From: a virus
Taxonomy: Duplodnaviria; Caudoviricetes
Length of the DNA stretch: 27,221 nucleotides
IMG/VR virus record: IMGVR_UViG_3300030095_005707
Location: 1 to 27,221 of that record
Reading direction: 5' to 3' (one strand)
The notes under the pieces are model-generated. The model saw only the letters and a program-made list of their open reading frames with translations. It had not been told where the DNA came from and did not search any database. Both the position numbers and the translations under genes were made by a program. This document shows positions 23,242-27,221 of the stretch, piece by piece (the stretch's first letter is position 1; the number at the start of each line of letters is the position of its first letter).

Positions 23242-23871
23242 TCAACCTATTCGGGTGATTGCGGTTTGGGGCGTCCGCCCGGAAAATTTTGTGTCCGTAT
23301 CATGCTGGATGATTTGCTGGACGGCCTGTTCAAAATAAGTATTAAACGTCGTCGTTATGCTCTGATCGCCTAAGTAAGGCCCGGCCTGTTTTAGGCATCC
23401 GTACAGATAGGCGTCCGGGTGATACTCGATCAGCCAGTTCGTCGTCTGACCGGCATCGGCGGTGATCGCCGGGATAGTCCGGTAATATGCGATCTCCAGG
23501 GTATGTCCAGTATCCGGAGACGGGTAAACCTCTATTTGCTGGCCTAGATGTGAATAAAACGCTGGCCTTCCAAAGGCGTTACTCGAGGCCCTCTTGTCGT
23601 CCATGACGTCCGGCGTGATCTGGGTCAAAGTCGCTGGAGGGTCCGTGTTCAATTGAATATTTCGTAACGCCACCAGTGTGGATGGCGGTTTGATGTATTG
23701 ATTGTCTAGAGTCGCCGTCGCCCTCGAGATCATCCTCCGGTCCCGTAGCCTCCGGGAAAGCTCAGTCTCGACGATCCCCATCCAGGTCGGGACGACGCTG
23801 GTGAGGTCGTCACGGTTCAGGTAGTCCTGGACGTTATCGATCAAAGATTGATAGTCGGTGATCTTCGCCAA
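23242..23871 (-). CDS. Head-tail adaptor protein
   Basis: Y..L...V.DYLNR.DL...P......E.EL.R.LR start and TNWL...HPD.YLYG.L motif; downstream of the capsid gene. Confidence 0.8.
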   Translation of the reverse strand: MAKITDYQSLIDNVQDYLNRDDLTSVVPTWMGIVETELSRRLRDRRMISRATATLDNQYIKPPSTLVALRNIQLNTDPPATLTQITPDVMDDKRASSNAFGRPAFYSHLGQQIEVYPSPDTGHTLEIAYYRTIPAITADAGQTTNWLIEYHPDAYLYGCLKQAGPYLGDQSITTTFNTYFEQAVQQIIQHDTDTKFSGRTPQTAITRIG

Positions 23872-24216
23872 TTAAAGCGTTCCTTCCCAGACTCTAAAAG
23901 GTTTATTCTCAAAGTCATTGAGTTTTTTCCGGAGATATTTTTTCCATTCCGGGTGGCTCAGTTTGTTATGGCGGGCGTACCGTCGCCATTTGTGATACAG
24001 AACCTGGGGGATCTCTGCGATCTTCCGCCAGGAGTTTAGGTTTCCTCGATTATCGAAGGACGGCAATTGGGCCTCCTTCATGGATTTGACGGTCTCGATG
24101 ACCGGTTGAACGTCCTGTTTCCTACGGTAGATGATGGCCCGCCCGTTATCGGACGGGTCCGTCACTACTTCGGACAGGACTCCCCCGGTGTGGGAGAGTA
24201 TTGTCCTTTTAGCCAT
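23872..24216 (-). CDS. Conserved hypothetical protein after the capsid gene
   Basis: QDV.P.IE...WRKIAEIP...W...LND.EN..FR...G.L pattern. Confidence 0.72.
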   Translation of the reverse strand: MAKRTILSHTGGVLSEVVTDPSDNGRAIIYRRKQDVQPVIETVKSMKEAQLPSFDNRGNLNSWRKIAEIPQVLYHKWRRYARHNKLSHPEWKKYLRKKLNDFENKPFRVWEGTL

Positions 24217-25181
24217 TATGCGTCAGTACAGTCGGCGATGATGGCGTGTGTGGCCTCATTATCAACCTGAATTCCTGCCTCAACATAGACGGCCTCGGTG
24301 ACACCGTCTCCGATTGCCCCCATCGGTTTTCTCTCGAAGTTCCGGAGGTATGCGACCCGTGCATATTCAGGGTTGATCAGGAAGACGTCACGTTCCCGGT
24401 TAAAATTATCCGGCATCACCTCGAGGTCTCCGAAATCGGAGGCGACGACGGTGACGGATGCCCCAACCTGGTTCGCATCAACCATCCTTCTCATGTTGGT
24501 TGAGGACTCGTCGAAGGCCCCGATCTTGGCCTTATTGAAGGGCCCGCATAAGAGGATTGAAGGTTTCTGGGATGAACTCCCGAAAACTTGTTGCATGGCC
24601 GAATTGATGTGGGCCTTTGTCAACGCCCTCTTCGTGCCATCGGTGATGGTATCAGACCCGTCTCCAGTGGCGACGGCGGGGGATCCGGCGGAACCCAGAA
24701 CCTTGTTCGAGGTCAGCCAGGATGATAAACCGGCGGTCGTCCGGACCGTGGTCGCATTCCCGGTGTTCTTTGCCGTCTTGGCAAAAAAGACTGTCTCTAG
24801 ATCAGTCTTGAGTGCCCGTACCACCAACTGCATTTGATGAGCCATGGCATCGGCATAGCCCGCCTGGGTGGAGGCCATGGTTGTGCCGGTGATTGTCGCA
24901 TTCCTTGTAAGGATGAGACACTGATTTGCTCGACGGGTTGTGCCGGTCGATGCCTGTCTGGTAATGGCGTCGCCTTCAAGAGCCCCGGTTCCGGATGCAC
25001 TTGGAAGGGACTGGACCAACCAGTCAAAGTTCGGCTGGGTTACCTCACGGGTCCCAACGGCCTGGATTCCGGGCGTTGCTTCCGGGCTGATCTCGTAGAT
25101 GATATCAGCAAGATCCTCACGGATCTCGTTCTTGGCCCCGGTCGTCGCATAAGTATCATATGCGTTCGTAATTTTAGTCAT
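24216..25181 (-). CDS. Major capsid protein (DUF5309-like, HK97 fold)
   Basis: REDL.DIIY.ISP..TP, N.C.I, LK.D.E and SDFG.L.V.P..F motifs; follows the scaffold; GGAG RBS. Confidence 0.9.
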   Translation of the reverse strand: MTKITNAYDTYATTGAKNEIREDLADIIYEISPEATPGIQAVGTREVTQPNFDWLVQSLPSASGTGALEGDAITRQASTGTTRRANQCLILTRNATITGTTMASTQAGYADAMAHQMQLVVRALKTDLETVFFAKTAKNTGNATTVRTTAGLSSWLTSNKVLGSAGSPAVATGDGSDTITDGTKRALTKAHINSAMQQVFGSSSQKPSILLCGPFNKAKIGAFDESSTNMRRMVDANQVGASVTVVASDFGDLEVMPDNFNRERDVFLINPEYARVAYLRNFERKPMGAIGDGVTEAVYVEAGIQVDNEATHAIIADCTDA

Positions 25182-26110
25182 TATGCACTCCTTTTGAGTA
25201 TTTCAGAGATCGCCTTAGTGGCGTCGTCTGGTTTTCCTGTTTTTGCTAATTGCATCTTTGCCCGGCGGTACTGGGAAACCCGTCTCTGGGGTTGTTGTCC
25301 CCCAGGGCGAAGTGTCGCCACTCCCTCCGGACCTCGTTGCAGTTTTGATTTTCCTTTTTGCGTCATGGAGTCGAAGAGCAAGCTCTTCCTCATAAGGGCA
25401 ATCGCCCTGGCATCTCCAATGGAATTCATCTCCTCGGCTGAATAGCCCAGGCTGACCCCGTACTCTCGAATGGCATCTTTCTCTTTGGTTGCGACGGTTT
25501 CGTCACGCCATTCAGGTATCATATTTGTGAGTTTCTCGGATTGTTGTTGGAGGTACTCCTGACGTTGAAGATTCGCCTCTTGCATCCGTTCCCCTTCGAC
25601 TCTCTGGTATTCAGACTGGGCCTGGCCTCGTTGGACTAGGGCGGTCCTATAATCGTCGTTAGCCTTTAAATAGCCTATGGGATCGGTCTCGTACAGTTCC
25701 TTAGCCGGAGGCTCAGGTTCAGGCTGGGACAAATATTGGTGAAGTCCGGCCTGATACTGTTCTCGTTCTTCGGCGACTTTGGCCCGTTCGGCCTCCATCT
25801 CCTTCCGTTGCTCTGCGAGAAGCTGAGTCTTCTGAGTGAATGTTTTTTGCCTCATCCATCCGTCCGCCAGTTCATCGCCGGTGTAGTATTCTTCCTCGCC
25901 GGTGTCGGGGTTTAAGACCCGAAACTTTGGAGGTTCGATACTATCGGCCTCGATCTGGTCGTCGTCGTATTCGGCCTCGAATTCATTCTCTTCGAGGTGA
26001 GCTTCTTCCTCAGTCACCAGCGTGTCCTCCTCCTGGGGATTCGGGGCTAGGATCTGAGAGATTCTCGAGGTGGCCTCCTCGGGCCCTAACGGGCTTGTCG
26101 ATTCAGTCAT
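25181..26110 (-). CDS. Capsid scaffolding protein
   Basis: Acidic N-terminus, EL..G.MRQ..FT.KTQ.LAE.RK coiled coil, IPEW.D, and L.KTG..DDA C-terminus. Confidence 0.88.
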   Translation of the reverse strand: MTESTSPLGPEEATSRISQILAPNPQEEDTLVTEEEAHLEENEFEAEYDDDQIEADSIEPPKFRVLNPDTGEEEYYTGDELADGWMRQKTFTQKTQLLAEQRKEMEAERAKVAEEREQYQAGLHQYLSQPEPEPPAKELYETDPIGYLKANDDYRTALVQRGQAQSEYQRVEGERMQEANLQRQEYLQQQSEKLTNMIPEWRDETVATKEKDAIREYGVSLGYSAEEMNSIGDARAIALMRKSLLFDSMTQKGKSKLQRGPEGVATLRPGGQQPQRRVSQYRRAKMQLAKTGKPDDATKAISEILKRSA

Positions 26111-26373
26111 AATGGTTGTCTCCGTTTTAATTTATCCAGTGCGTCTCGGGCGATTTTTCCGTTCTGCATTATCTGATTGAGATGCTGACGAACGGCGTCC
26201 AAAGCGAACCAGGCTTGCCACAAAACTTCCCTATCGAGTTCCTCCCCGGGTCTGGATTGTCTCCAGGCCTCCAGGTAAGTTGACTCCAGGGACTCAAAAC
26301 TCTCTTTTATCAGTGGGTCTTCGAGGAGTTCTTGGGCCCGTTGGGACCGTTGAATTTGCTCTTCGTTGGTCAC
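26107..26373 (-). CDS. Conserved small head-module protein
   Basis: A..LL.DP...E.F..L...Y...W......RE..W motif; start placed at GTG 26373 (GAGG RBS) rather than TTG 26409. Confidence 0.72.
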   Translation of the reverse strand: MTNEEQIQRSQRAQELLEDPLIKESFESLESTYLEAWRQSRPGEELDREVLWQAWFALDAVRQHLNQIMQNGKIARDALDKLKRRQPL

Positions 26374-26399
26374 TGTAAACCTCTGAAAATACTTATTAA

Positions 26400-26551
26400 A
26401 AATTGACAATTTTTCCTAATCGCTGAGAATCGATTTTTTATAGATCCCCTGGGGGATAGGACGTATGATTTGAATCTTGACAAGTTAACTCTGTAAGTAT
26501 TTCATTTTATTGACAAAAAAATACGTCAAAATTGGTCAATTTTCGACAATT
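26400..26551. promoter_or_regulatory. AT-rich intergenic control region with TTGWCAA boxes
   Basis: ATTGACAAT 26402-26410, CTTGACAAG 26476-26484, TTGAC-N10-GTCAA 26510-26529, ATCCCC-TG-GGGGAT dyad, IHF-like TAAGTATTTCATT. Confidence 0.55.
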
Positions 26552-27221
26552 TCAGACAGACGTTCTTGGCGTATTCATCGAGTCCTGGATCGCTTTTTCA
26601 TCGATCTCGGTCTTAAATTTTTCTTCCAGTTCTCTCGCTTTCAGTTTTAGATCGGCCTCCATTTCGTCCCGTTTTCGGTCGTCCTCCATCAGCATCGTCT
26701 GACGTCTTAGATCAAGCTCGGCCTGTTTCATGGCGACGTCCGCCTGGATCTGCATGACCTGGGCTTCTTGGAAAACTTCCTCCGGGGTCTTCTTCGGCGG
26801 AGGCGGTGGAGGTGGCTGGAAATTTTTCGGGTCGTTGAAGAACTGACTTGAATCCTGATACCCGGCAATCTCGGCCGACTTGACCAGGGCGTTGTACAAC
26901 TTATTCATATCGGTGATCGGGTTGTTCGGCCCGAGCCTCTCGATAAACTGTTCCTGCTTGGCAATAATCGCCGAGAGGTAGGCCATCCGTTCGGCGTCGT
27001 TAGACGAGGAAAGAGGGGCCGTCACTCGGACGTCCATGTCGGATGTCCAGGACCGGGGGTCAATCGGGACCCAGTTGTTTCTCAGGCGGATCACTCTCGC
27101 CTTCTCCTGGTGTTTTCTTAATAAGTCAAAGATCCCTTTGAATACCCTGTTCAGGCCTCTCTCGCTAAACGTCCGGGTGATCATCTCGATCCGGGCCATG
27201 GAGGCCCTGGACATGAGGTCG
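26552..27221 (-). CDS. Portal protein, C-terminal part (5' end outside window)
   Basis: RIE.I.R.F.E.G...F..I..L...HQ......RLRN.WV.IDPR.W...MDV motif, poly-Pro linker and long C-terminal helix; frame open to the window edge. Confidence 0.9.
   Translation of the reverse strand, partial: DLMSRASMARIEMITRTFSERGLNRVFKGIFDLLRKHQEKARVIRLRNNWVPIDPRSWTSDMDVRVTAPLSSSNDAERMAYLSAIIAKQEQFIERLGPNNPITDMNKLYNALVKSAEIAGYQDSSQFFNDPKNFQPPPPPPPKKTPEEVFQEAQVMQIQADVAMKQAELDLRRQTMLMEDDRKRDEMEADLKLKARELEEKFKTEIDEKAIQDSMNTPRTSV

Larger units (their letters stand above)
1..27221. mobile_element. Temperate podovirus-like bacteriophage genome segment (non-integrated form)
   Basis: Portal-scaffold-capsid-adaptor-fibre-lysis-gp10-like hub-ejection gene order, no tape measure or tail tube, integrase plus repressor, and attP with phage genes on both sides. 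Confidence 0.95.

Noticed and set aside
24298-25445. Long plus-strand ORFs (179 and 203 aa), and similar ORFs at 16244-16813, 8702-9052 and 12598-12915
   Set aside because: Antisense shadows of well-supported structural genes.
26795-26816. Poly-proline tract in the portal
   Set aside because: A common linker before the C-terminal helix in this type of portal.
1-27221. CRISPR array or alternative genetic code
   Set aside because: No regularly spaced repeats; genes tile densely under the standard code using all three stops.

Overview
Most of the genome of a temperate, short-tailed (P22/HTVC010P-like architecture) phage, apparently in its non-integrated form because attP is flanked by phage genes on both sides. 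The left arm on the minus strand carries a partial replication initiator with an internal iteron origin, a Sak/DUF1071 annealase, a RecE-like PD-(D/E)XK exonuclease, a DUF736/SSB-like protein and a Cro-like regulator. A plus-strand lysogeny unit holds an XRE repressor and a tyrosine integrase, followed by an attP core that is a 64-bp 3' fragment of a tRNA-Arg with the uncommon GCG anticodon. The rest is a minus-strand virion operon: portal (partial), scaffold, capsid, adaptor, tail fibres including an AT-rich block of three fibre+chaperone cassettes, lysis genes, a gp10-like tail hub and ejection proteins. Main observations: (1) the last two late genes share a 54-aa N-terminal leader (27/54 identical) fused to unrelated cargoes, one HhH-GPD glycosylase-like, suggesting a modular virion-delivered effector system; (2) a manual scan found no GCNGC, GCGC or CGCG, and no credible protein contains Ala-Ala; (3) a recombination scar marks the edge of the fibre cassette; (4) the same TTGWCAA boxes occur in the immunity switch and inside the head operon. 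All family assignments come from motif recognition, not database searches.
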